Source of the DNA: a candidate division WOR-3 bacterium
Lineage (GTDB): Bacteria > Hydrothermota > Tepidihabitantia > B3-TA06
NCBI GenBank assembly: GCA_965649265.1
Contig: CBFGKC010000006.1
Span: forward strand, 114,975 to 178,974
DNA length: 64,000 nucleotides
Direction of reading: 5' to 3'
Shown here piece after piece: positions 42,651-51,102 of this stretch (its first letter is position 1; each line of letters opens with the position of its first letter). The position numbers and the translations under genes were made by a program. The notes beneath the pieces were generated by a model, which worked only from the letters and a program-made list of their open reading frames with translations, was not told where the DNA came from and searched no databases.

Positions 42651-43584
42651 ACTGGGTTGGGCCCTCCTCCTCATCCTGCTTCTCATACTCGTTTCTCTCT
42701 CCCTCCTTATCGGTCCGGCGGGGCTTTCCTTCGGCCTGATTCTGTCTCGCCTGCCGAGAACCTTTCTCACACTCTTTGCAGGCGGCATCCTCGCTCTCGT
42801 CGGCGCGGCGCTTCAGGGGCTTTTGGAGAATCCGCTCGTCGATCCCTACATCATAGGCTCCTCATCAGGCGCAGGTGTCGGTGTTGCCCTTGCCTTGCTC
42901 ACCGGCTGGACATCGGTGTACGGCAGACCCTTGTTCGCATTCGCAGGCGCAATGGGTGCGCTTCTTCTCGTATACTTCTTTGCCCGCATGAAGGGCCGTA
43001 TCTCACGTCTCTCCCTTATCCTATCCGGGGTCGCGGTCGGCTTCGTGGGTTCGAGTCTCGTAATGATTCTTATGGTGCTTTCCCGCTCCGAACTCTCCCA
43101 GATCATCTACCTCCTTATGGGTTCCACCAACATCATCTTCACCCCTCAGGAGTTCTGGACCTTTGTTATCTCCGCATTTCTCTCCATAGTCCTTTGCACC
43201 TGGCTTATCACGCGCTGGCGCTCACTCGACATACTTTCCGCAAACATCGAGTCCGCCGAATCGCTCGGGGTCAACACCCAGCGACTGACGACCGAGGTTT
43301 TCATCATTTCAGCCGTGCTCGTGGGCGTTGTGGTCGCGTTTGCGGGCGCCGTCAGCTTCGTGGGTCTGATAGTTCCCCACATCGCCAGATTCATATTCGG
43401 TCCAAGGCATTTGCGCGTGCTGCCTGCAAGCTTTCTTGCCGGCGCGTCCTTGTTACTTCTTTCAGACATCATCCTCAGGCTTTTTGCCATGCTCACGAAC
43501 GTCTACCTGCCTTTGTCCGTCATCACCACTCTCGCAGGCGTGCCGTTCTTTCTTTTCATCATGAGAAGGAAGTCGAATGTTTGA
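42637..43584 (+). CDS. FecCD/BtuC-family ABC transporter permease
   Basis: 315 aa, about 9-10 TM. ...NPLVDPYIIGSSSGAGVG... and ...ESAESLGVN... motifs of FecCD permeases. Confidence 0.85.
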   Translation: MMRARLGWALLLILLLILVSLSLLIGPAGLSFGLILSRLPRTFLTLFAGGILALVGAALQGLLENPLVDPYIIGSSSGAGVGVALALLTGWTSVYGRPLFAFAGAMGALLLVYFFARMKGRISRLSLILSGVAVGFVGSSLVMILMVLSRSELSQIIYLLMGSTNIIFTPQEFWTFVISAFLSIVLCTWLITRWRSLDILSANIESAESLGVNTQRLTTEVFIISAVLVGVVVAFAGAVSFVGLIVPHIARFIFGPRHLRVLPASFLAGASLLLLSDIILRLFAMLTNVYLPLSVITTLAGVPFFLFIMRRKSNV

Positions 43585-44344
43585 GGTTCGTTCTCTTTCC
43601 TTTTCCTATCCCAGACGCCCGCTGTTCGAGAACCTTTCCGTCGGCATCGAAAAAAACGAGTTCGTCTCGGTCGTCGGTCCTAATGGGGCGGGCAAGAGCA
43701 CGTTCGTCAAGCTTCTGGCTAGGCTTCTTTATCCCTCATCCGGCAAGATACTGTTCGAGAAGCGATCCCTCGCCTCTTATCCCCGCCGCGAACTCGCAAG
43801 GCGAGTGGCGTACGTTCCGCAGGAGAGCCATTTTTCCCTCGACTTCACCGTTCTCGAGACCGTGCTTCAGGGACGCCATCCCTATCTGGGCGCGCTCGAA
43901 TTGTATCGCTCTTCCGACTACGCGCTCGCGCGCTCGTCGCTCGAAAGGCTCGGGATACTCCATCTCGCCGGGAAGAACATCAACAATATCTCCTCTGGTG
44001 AGCGCCAGCTTGCCGTCATATGCCGCTCGCTCGTGCAGGAGCCGTCGATCATCCTTCTTGACGAGCCCCTCAATCACCTCGACCTGCACCACCAGCTAGA
44101 AGTCCTTGTCCTTCTCAGGTCCCTTAACCGGGAGGGGATAGGTATCGTTCTCGTCGCCCATGACCTCAATCACGCAGCGCTCTGCTCGAACCGCATGCTC
44201 ATCTTCGCCCAGGGCCGTCTTGCGGAGGATAATTCTCCAGACGTTCTTCTCAATCCGGATATCATCGAACGCTACTGGGGCATCAGACCTCTCGAAGGCC
44301 GCCACCCTGAAACCGGCAAGCGCCAGATATTCCTGCCACTGTAG
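43577..44344 (+). CDS. ABC transporter ATP-binding protein (iron-chelate/cobalamin type)
   Basis: Walker A GPNGAGKST, signature-like ISSGERQ, Walker B IILLDEP. Confidence 0.85.
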   Translation: MFEVRSLSFSYPRRPLFENLSVGIEKNEFVSVVGPNGAGKSTFVKLLARLLYPSSGKILFEKRSLASYPRRELARRVAYVPQESHFSLDFTVLETVLQGRHPYLGALELYRSSDYALARSSLERLGILHLAGKNINNISSGERQLAVICRSLVQEPSIILLDEPLNHLDLHHQLEVLVLLRSLNREGIGIVLVAHDLNHAALCSNRMLIFAQGRLAEDNSPDVLLNPDIIERYWGIRPLEGRHPETGKRQIFLPL

Positions 44345-44416
44345 ATTACCCCAAAATAATACTCCGTATTCTTTTGGGGACCCCGTAAGACACGAAAGCG
44401 CGAATCCCACACAAGC

Positions 44417-44496
44417 CCCTTCAGATTTTCCTCAGCCCTCCTCAGCCCCCCTCACTCTCCCCTCAACTCGCCTCAGTTCCCCTCAGCCTTCCTCGG
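44417..44496 (+). repeat. 10-bp periodic C-rich array (CCTCAG/CCTCAC/CCTCAA/CCTCGG, 7 copies)
   Basis: CCTCAG at 44430, 44440, 44471 and 44481; variants at 44450, 44461 and 44491. About 85 nt after the ABC ATPase stop. Confidence 0.8.
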
Positions 44497-44724
44497 TTCT
44501 TTACGTATTGGCATCGCGCGTGATTTGTAAATTTGTCGTCGATCGCGAACAATCAATCTCTTAATTATTTCTAACCCTTTTATTTGTCGCGGCTGATTAT
44601 TTTTATGAGGATGTGAATCGCAGGCGTAGTTGTGGAAGAAGGGGTACCCCGCAAAGATGCCGGGTCTCTTTGCGGGGTATTTAAAGGGCGGCTTTCGCCG
44701 CCCCACAGTCTGTCCCTGAACGAC

Positions 44725-46359
44725 TTACTTTACGATAGTTACCTTTGCGGTCCTGGTACCCGCGCCGTTGTCGAGCCTGACGAAATAGACTCCTGTTGGA
44801 ACATGACGTCCCACATCGTCCGTGCGATTCCAGGAGAGCGTGTGATTGCCAGCGCTCGCCTCGGTGCTCGCAAGCATCCGCACCAGCCTGCCCGACGCGT
44901 CGAATACGGAAAGTGTCATGCTTCCGGCCTTCGGCAATTGGTAGTTGATGCGGACGCTGCCCGATGCCGACATATCGTTCACCGAAAGACTCAGCTCGCG
45001 AACCATCTCCATTGTTTGCGATTGCGGGGTCTCAACCTCGTTGCTTGAGGGGGGGAGGGGTATTGTCGAAAGTCCGAGAAGCTTCTGTGAGGTCTCGAGC
45101 TTCCGTATCTTTTCCGTGACCGCCTTGTAATCGGTCTTCTGCTCCCTGCCCTTTACACGCGCGATGGCCATCCAGCTGAAGGTCGCGTTGAGGTCGCCTA
45201 CCTCGGATACCGCGGTGAATCCTCTTGTCGTCACGTCCTTCACGTATATGCCCGAGTAGGATCCCTCGGGTGTCACTATCACTTTGATCGGTATCTGACT
45301 CGATATCACCTGCGGGTACGGTTCCTCGAACTCTATCCTTGCAATGCCGTTGGAAAGCTTCGTGCGTCCCGATATGGTGTATTCGGGATACGGTGCTTCG
45401 GTGGCCGACATGGTCACCCAGGTGCCGTCGTCCATCTTGATCACGTTGTCCTTGTCGCCCGTTACGTAAAGGTCACCCTGTATAAGGACGTCTCCTAAAA
45501 AGTTGCCTGCATAGGGGGTGCCGACGATTTCGATTCCGGCATTCGCGGTTCCGATATATACGTAGTTCGATCCAAGTCCTTTGATGTATGCGCCCCAGTT
45601 GCTGCCTGCAAGGGCTGCTTCGGAGCCGTTTACGTGAAGGAATTGTCCCGCCAGAGAGCTTGTAGATGCCGCGTAAGCGTACAACCCCCTGGTCGAACTG
45701 CCCAGGTATGCGTTGTTGCCGTTATTATTTCGACCGAACACTCCGTAACTTGCGGAACCTATATATCCGTAGTTGCCCGATGAGCTTCTGCCGTATACCC
45801 CGTAGGAAGAATGACCCAGTATCCCGTAATTCGAATTTGAATTCGCTCCGTATGCGCCGTAAGTCGAGGAGCCAAGATAGGCGTAATTCCCGTTGCCGTT
45901 CGCGGCATAGGCAGCGTAGTCATTCGAACCTATATATCCATAGTTGTTGCTCGAGGAATCCTTGCCATAGACCCCGTAGTCGGTGGAAGCCAGATAACCG
46001 TAGTTGCCCAGGTTATGACTGCCGTATGCCCCATAGCTGAAGGAACCCAGATATCCGAGATTCCCTGATGAGTACTTGCCGTATGCGCCGTAGCCGATTG
46101 AAGCGATGTGCCCCTGGTTTCCCGAATAGTGCTCGCCGTACACGCCGAACAAGGTGTATCCCAGATAACCCAGGTTTCCGTTCGCGTTCTCTCCATACGC
46201 GCCGAAGTAGAAGTGACCCAGATATCCAACAGTCGAGGACAGTGTAGAGGTTCCTTTTACTCCCCAGTAATCACCTGAACCTTCCACCTGTACGGCGAAA
46301 AGGTTTATGCAGGCGAGCATTACACTCGCGATGACGACGAGTTTTTTTATTGTGGACAT
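44725..46359 (-). CDS. Secreted protein with about nine 19-aa Gly/Tyr/Ser/Asn repeats and a T9SS-type C-terminal domain
   Basis: Signal MSTIKKLVVIASVMLACINLFA. Repeats GYLGSFSYGAYGSHNLGNY / GYIGSNDYAAYAANGNGNY / AYLGSSTYGAYGANSNSNY and others. C-terminus MTLSVFDASGRLV...GVYFVRLDNGAGTRTAKVTIVK. Confidence 0.75.
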   Translation of the reverse strand: MSTIKKLVVIASVMLACINLFAVQVEGSGDYWGVKGTSTLSSTVGYLGHFYFGAYGENANGNLGYLGYTLFGVYGEHYSGNQGHIASIGYGAYGKYSSGNLGYLGSFSYGAYGSHNLGNYGYLASTDYGVYGKDSSSNNYGYIGSNDYAAYAANGNGNYAYLGSSTYGAYGANSNSNYGILGHSSYGVYGRSSSGNYGYIGSASYGVFGRNNNGNNAYLGSSTRGLYAYAASTSSLAGQFLHVNGSEAALAGSNWGAYIKGLGSNYVYIGTANAGIEIVGTPYAGNFLGDVLIQGDLYVTGDKDNVIKMDDGTWVTMSATEAPYPEYTISGRTKLSNGIARIEFEEPYPQVISSQIPIKVIVTPEGSYSGIYVKDVTTRGFTAVSEVGDLNATFSWMAIARVKGREQKTDYKAVTEKIRKLETSQKLLGLSTIPLPPSSNEVETPQSQTMEMVRELSLSVNDMSASGSVRINYQLPKAGSMTLSVFDASGRLVRMLASTEASAGNHTLSWNRTDDVGRHVPTGVYFVRLDNGAGTRTAKVTIVK

Positions 46360-46702
46360 TGTTGCCTCCTATGGTCGTTTTTTATGGAGACAGGGAAACA
46401 CCGACATTGTGCCCCGGAAAATCACGTTGTGTTTTTCCGCTCGTCCCGCCCATACTGCTTGACTCGATGCCAGCAATGGGACCTCCTGCTATCCACAAAT
46501 CCTCCTGCGGTCGAACGAAAGCGGCGCACGACGCTGGTTCGACCCGGCGCCATCCGGGCGCGTCCTAAAAATAACGGAAGTAACACTTCCGCCAGGCGCC
46601 TTCCGGGCGCAAGCCCTCCTTGCTGTCTCGCAAGTTTATGGTATACCTGCAATACAGCCGCCGCAGGATTTTATTCCATTTAATTAGACCGGGCCGCACA
46701 AG

Positions 46703-46730
46703 TTGACCTCGTTTCCAAAGCCCGTATAAT
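46703..46730 (+). promoter_or_regulatory. sigma70-type promoter TTGACC-N16-TATAAT close to the start codon (near-leaderless)
   Basis: TTGACC 46703-46708, TATAAT 46725-46730. ATG 46739 is 8 nt after the -10. Confidence 0.5.
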
Positions 46731-46738
46731 CGAGCGTT

Positions 46739-47998
46739 ATGGAGCACATCCCACTCCTTGCGAAGCTCGGAATTATCTTCGGCGTCATCATCGTCGTCAT
46801 GGTATTCAGGCTGCCCACGTTCGTGCCAATCCTTTTGGGCGCTGTCGTCACCGGCGTCCTCTTCACCATGCCCGCGCTCGATATCGGAAGAACATTCCTC
46901 GACAGCGTAATAGACTTCTACACCATTGACACCATCCTCATCGTCTGCTTCATCGAGATTCTCGGCAAGATGATGAAGGAGCGCGGCATCCTCTCGCGAT
47001 TCGCCGGCGGCGCCGACTACCTTCTGCGGGGCTCTCGCGTGAGCGTGGTCACGATCCCCATGTTCGTCGGCCTCCTGCCAATGCCGGGCGGCGCCTACTT
47101 CACCGCACCCATGACCGAGGAGCAGATAAAACCCTACGGAATAAAGCCCGGGCTCGCGGTCTACATCAACTACTGGTTCCGGCACGTGTGGGAGTACTTC
47201 TGGCCGCTTTACCCCGGCCTCATCGTGGGCTTCGCCATCCTCAAGGACGTCACCGTCGGCTCCGTCATCATCCACCAGTCGTTCGTGACACTGCTCGCGA
47301 TTGCGGCGGGCGCCGTCATCATCTTTGCCTTCGTCAAGCGCAGGGTGGTGCGGCCGGAGCGTCTTGCGGGCAAGGGTCGTTCTTCCACAAAAGACGTGCT
47401 CTACGGCGCGTTCCCTCTACTCATCATCGTCGTCCTCATCGTGGTCACGCAGGCGCTTGGCTCCATAGTCAAGATTCCCGTTTCCTCCGTCATGCTGATC
47501 GTGCTGGTCTCTTCGTGGATATTCTACAAGGTTCCATTGAAAGGTTCAGGCAAGCTCATTCTTTCCGCGCTCGACTGGCGCGTGATCTCGCTCATGGCGT
47601 CGGTCATGTTCTTCAAGTACATGCTCGACCGTTCGTCCGCGCTGACCGGGCTCGGCCCGATGCTTGCAGGGGCCCCCTCCTCCCTCATCATCGCCATGAT
47701 AATGTTTCTTCCCTTCGTGGTCGGACTCCTCGTGGGACTCAACCAGGCGTACGTTGCCACGACGTTTCCCCTGCTCGCGCCCTTCATCGGCCATGACCCC
47801 GGACTCGTCATGCTCGCGTACGCGTTCGGGTTCTTCGGCGTGATGCTCTCGCCCTCGCACCTCTGCCTTGCCTTATCGCGCGAGTACTTCAAGGCGAGCT
47901 GGGGCTCGGTGTACAAGTGGTTGGTGCCCTCAGTGATCGCGGTCGCCGTCGTGACGTTCGCCGTGTGGTTCTTCCTGTTCCCGCATCCTAAACTATAG
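46739..47998 (+). CDS. Multi-pass integral membrane protein (permease-like, possibly DUF401-type)
   Basis: 419 aa with about 11-12 hydrophobic helices. The family call is a weak recollection only. Confidence 0.6.
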   Translation: MEHIPLLAKLGIIFGVIIVVMVFRLPTFVPILLGAVVTGVLFTMPALDIGRTFLDSVIDFYTIDTILIVCFIEILGKMMKERGILSRFAGGADYLLRGSRVSVVTIPMFVGLLPMPGGAYFTAPMTEEQIKPYGIKPGLAVYINYWFRHVWEYFWPLYPGLIVGFAILKDVTVGSVIIHQSFVTLLAIAAGAVIIFAFVKRRVVRPERLAGKGRSSTKDVLYGAFPLLIIVVLIVVTQALGSIVKIPVSSVMLIVLVSSWIFYKVPLKGSGKLILSALDWRVISLMASVMFFKYMLDRSSALTGLGPMLAGAPSSLIIAMIMFLPFVVGLLVGLNQAYVATTFPLLAPFIGHDPGLVMLAYAFGFFGVMLSPSHLCLALSREYFKASWGSVYKWLVPSVIAVAVVTFAVWFFLFPHPKL

Positions 47999-48001
47999 AT
48001 A

Positions 48002-48082
48002 CCCCCCGTAACACCCCCCCCCGTAACACCCCTCCCGTAACACACCCCCGTAACACACCCCGTAACATGCTCCGTAACACGC
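48002..48082 (+). repeat. C-rich decamer array, 6 copies of CCGTAACAC at 12-15 bp spacing
   Basis: Copies at 48006, 48021, 48035, 48048, 48060 (CCGTAACAT) and 48072. The array starts 8 nt after the stop codon at 47996-47998. Confidence 0.9.
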
Positions 48083-48294
48083 CAACGTCATCCTGAGAAC
48101 CGCAGATGCGGGGCGAAAGGATCGCCTTCAGAAGGCAGTTTCTTTGAACACATGGGATCATTTATGTCTAAGGCGATGGCTTTGCTTGCTCGAAGCAGCC
48201 GTGCAAAGACACCCTCGTCCCACTTTCCCAGAGGGCAGGGGGTGTCCCACTTCGATAGGGGGGAGGGGGGGATTAATGTTTTGAGGGGGTCAGG

Positions 48295-48996
48295 CTAGTG
48301 AATCACCACTAACTTTGAGGTGTAGTCAATGTAGAACGAGCTGTCGGGAACGATGAATCTCGTAAAATAGATGCCAGCAGGCAAGGTCGAGAAGTCTTTC
48401 TGTATTGAGTGTGAACCTGCGCAGTAATTACCACTTAGTATTGTCTCGATTAACGCTCCCCGGAAATCGTAGAGAGCCAGGTGAACTACCATGGGTTTCG
48501 GTATCGCGTAGTTCAAACCGGCAGTTCCTGAGACTATTGAAGGGAAGTGCGGCGGTCTTTCTAACCGCAACTTTCGCGATGCGGTGTCGTTTCTTGCAAC
48601 GGTATCGTATGGATTCGAGACCCGCGCGAAAATCATGAAGGAATCAACGTCTTGAGAAGAGAAAGGCTTGTGAGAGTAGACGACCGTCTTTCCGGGCGCA
48701 AGCGCGTTTACGTACAACGTGTCTGTGTAAACCACCTGGTTTGTGGTAAGAGATGTTATCGTGAAGTAAAAATCGGCATAGGTGTGATGCGAGCTGAAAC
48801 TCTCTACGGTGCATCCGATCTTGATCTTACTATCAGGATACAAGTCATAGGCATAAAGACTACCAGCATAATTGATACTTGTTATCCAGAGGTCAAGGCT
48901 GTCGCCTGCCTGCAAACCTCTCTCAGGCGTGTTCGCTGCATTCATCGCGCTTGCTGAGACAAGAAGAAGTGTCGCTGTCAGAATTTTATTTCCCAT
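48295..48996 (-). CDS. Small secreted protein with T9SS-type C-terminal domain
   Basis: Signal MGNKILTATLLLVSASAMNA. C-terminus VVHLALYDFRGALI...GIYFTRFIVPDSSFYIDYTSKLVVIH. Confidence 0.65.
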   Translation of the reverse strand: MGNKILTATLLLVSASAMNAANTPERGLQAGDSLDLWITSINYAGSLYAYDLYPDSKIKIGCTVESFSSHHTYADFYFTITSLTTNQVVYTDTLYVNALAPGKTVVYSHKPFSSQDVDSFMIFARVSNPYDTVARNDTASRKLRLERPPHFPSIVSGTAGLNYAIPKPMVVHLALYDFRGALIETILSGNYCAGSHSIQKDFSTLPAGIYFTRFIVPDSSFYIDYTSKLVVIH

Positions 48997-49617
48997 TCGG
49001 TTTCATATCCTCTCCATTTTGAAGCCGCGGGTATTCCCACTCTGGATAATCAGCATATTCAATAACGCCGTTCAGTCAACCTTGCAGGCTCGACGTTAAC
49101 GCCTCAAGCGTTTGCGTGAGTCAGGTCAGCCCGAATGGTGCGGGCCGACCTAAAGGTCGGCCCCTACGTTGTGTTAGTCATAAGGTGCATTTGTACCCTT
49201 CGTTCGCCCTTCGGTGGCTTCGTAGCCACTCGGGGTTGCATGTGCGGAACTACGTTCCACGAAGACTATTTCCAATTAAGGAGTATCGCCAGGGGTGATT
49301 TCGTCATCTTCGATTGCGGAAGGAACTTCCGCCCATGCGGATTCCATCCGCTCGCTCGCCAACGACAATCTAATGAATCCCCCTTGCCTTTCGGGCGTTC
49401 CCCCTTAATAAGGGGGATGTTACGGCCCCCCTTCGATAAGGGGGGAGCGGGGGGATTCTCCCGGTCTTCGTCTCTCGTTTAATGGGAGGGAAAGTCAACC
49501 CCTCCTCTTAATCCTCTTCGCAAGGGGGAGGAGGTTTTACTTTCAGTCGGTAAATTTCCATAATTTTCCTCCCGAGACCGTCCGTTTTTTGCCCCCAAAA
49601 TGCCCTCAAAACCCCGG

Positions 49618-49728
49618 TTTTGTCCATCTTTTGTCCCACTTTTGACCAGCTTTTTTTTCACGAAAATTGCCCCAAAATGCCCGATTTGTCCATCTTTTGA
49701 CCATCTTTTGTCCCACTTTTTTTATGCC
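49618..49728 (+). repeat. Two phased 11-bp T-tract arrays (TTTTGTCCATC TTTTGTCCCAC TTTTGACCAGC ...)
   Basis: 49618-49661 is near-identical to 4678-4720. Second array at 49685-49728 (ATTTGTCCATC TTTTGACCATC TTTTGTCCCAC TTTTTTTATGC). Confidence 0.85.
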
Positions 49729-49824
49729 CCACAAAATTGCTGCGCAATTTTGCGGGGACCCCATTAGAGAGATATGAATTCTAAAACATAAGTGATTGTA
49801 AAAGAATATCTTAAACAAATTCAA

Positions 49825-50016
49825 GTCGCCTTATTGGCGTCTGAGGGATGAAATCCCTGGGCTTAAGTTATTCTATAACTTCAAGATTGAAATAACTTAA
49901 ACAAGAGGTGTCACTTATTGTGACTTATGAAACAGAGTTTCATCGGCTTAAGTTGTTACATAACTTTATAATTTGAATAACTTAAGCAAATCGCCGCCAC
50001 TTATTGTGGCGGCGAT
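49825..50016. other. Tandem pair of AT-rich structured modules (three TTATT-loop hairpins separated by two CTTAAGTT...AACTTAAG long hairpins)
   Basis: GTCGCC-TTATT-GGCGTC (49825), GTCAC-TTATT-GTGAC (49910), TCGCCGCCAC-TTATT-GTGGCGGCGA (49991). Long inverted repeats at 49862-49903 and 49947-49987. Confidence 0.6.
49991..50015 (-). terminator. 10-bp GC stem hairpin downstream of 50099..51097 (probable terminator)
   Basis: TCGCCGCCAC / TTATT / GTGGCGGCGA. On the minus strand it is followed by TTTGCTTAAGTTATT. Lies 83 nt after the stop codon. Confidence 0.5.
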
Positions 50017-50098
50017 AGCTCGCATATACGCGGAGTCTTTGTGCTCATTGGGCCATCCGCGGGGGCCGACTCCATAACCCCTTGTCGGATGGTAAGTT

Positions 50099-51097
50099 CT
50101 ATTCGTTGTATCGGATGTCGTAATCCCTCGATGGCTTCGTCTCCTGCTCTGGGAACAGGTCGGTATGCACCAAAATTCCGTCCGCAAGCAGCGCCGAACC
50201 CTGCGAGTCGTGACCGTCGACTTCGTATAAGTCGCCTGATCCCGGAGTATACGCGTCATCGAGGTCGGCCTTGGTGTACACCGCTAAGAGTTCCTTGGCC
50301 TTCTGCCACGAAACGGAGCCGTGCTCCTCGCCCTGCATTGCTTCAACTATATAGGATTCCAATAACTTATGCCAATAACTCTTCATCATCGTGTGGGAGC
50401 TGAAGAGGTCGATGCCCACAACCTGGTCGCCCACGCAAACGATTACGCCTTTCATGTTTGTATTGTTTGCCGCAAGGCCTTCGAGCTTTTTCCAGTATTT
50501 GTCGCGGTCACCTTTGTAGGAACTGGAAGTGTAAATATCGTTAAATGCGCCGGTTGATGAAGTCTCGCCCATCACTTTTTCCTGGTTTTCCGCGACCTTG
50601 TTCCAGACTTCGGACTGGCTCTTGTTCGCGCGCGCGTTGGCCCTGACAGACGGAGAAACGTTGATGTCGGCCTTCGCGAACTCCTTTGAGGAACCCGACC
50701 AGCGTCCGTGCTCGGTGCAGTACACGGAAACCTCCAGCCAGCCTGAACTTGGAGGAAGGATCAGGTCGTTTTCAATCATCCGGTCCTGCTTTGCGCCGAG
50801 TATTACCTCGCCCGCCATCGCGAACACCGGGTTAGAACTTTTGTTCTTTACGAGGACGGTGTTAACCTCGCCCTCGTTTTTTTCCTTGACGACCACAAGA
50901 CCCTTATCAAGCGCGTCCTTGAGGATCATAAAGCTTTCCGCGTCGCCGGTGTAAGAGAGGGGGTAGATACGTAAGTTCTCGGCTTCAGCATAGTTAAGAA
51001 TCGTGACCTTGCCAGGAATGGCGTTTACCACAGACTCGTCTCCTGAGGTGGACCCCAGGAGAGCGAGCGCTAAAGGTATGAGAAATTTCATTTCCAA
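50099..51097 (-). CDS. Secreted hypothetical protein
   Basis: Signal MEMKFLIPLALALLGS. 332 aa. No motif I can assign with confidence. Confidence 0.55.
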   Translation of the reverse strand: MEMKFLIPLALALLGSTSGDESVVNAIPGKVTILNYAEAENLRIYPLSYTGDAESFMILKDALDKGLVVVKEKNEGEVNTVLVKNKSSNPVFAMAGEVILGAKQDRMIENDLILPPSSGWLEVSVYCTEHGRWSGSSKEFAKADINVSPSVRANARANKSQSEVWNKVAENQEKVMGETSSTGAFNDIYTSSSYKGDRDKYWKKLEGLAANNTNMKGVIVCVGDQVVGIDLFSSHTMMKSYWHKLLESYIVEAMQGEEHGSVSWQKAKELLAVYTKADLDDAYTPGSGDLYEVDGHDSQGSALLADGILVHTDLFPEQETKPSRDYDIRYNE

Positions 51098-51102
51098 CCT
51101 CC

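Noticed and set aside
42657-44099. 480-aa plus-strand ORF, the longest in this region
   Set aside because: Arg/Pro/Ser-rich low-complexity translation in an alternative frame. It fully overlaps the well-supported FecCD permease and ABC ATPase genes, so it is a shadow ORF.
46565-47275. 236-aa minus-strand Asp/Glu/His-rich ORF
   Set aside because: Antisense to the 5' part of the 419-aa multi-pass membrane protein, whose hydrophobic periodicity is convincing. The composition is typical of a reverse-frame artefact.
49121-49140. SRP-RNA-like CAGGTCAG segment
   Set aside because: It lacks the conserved GGAAGGAAGCAGC-type domain IV motif and matching 3' strand. It is more likely part of the hairpin repeat family.
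49861-49987. Possible two-repeat mini-CRISPR (two ~43-bp palindromic units separated by ~43 bp)
   Set aside because: The two units are only about 75% identical, AT-rich, and strongly self-complementary over their whole length. There are only two copies and no cas genes.
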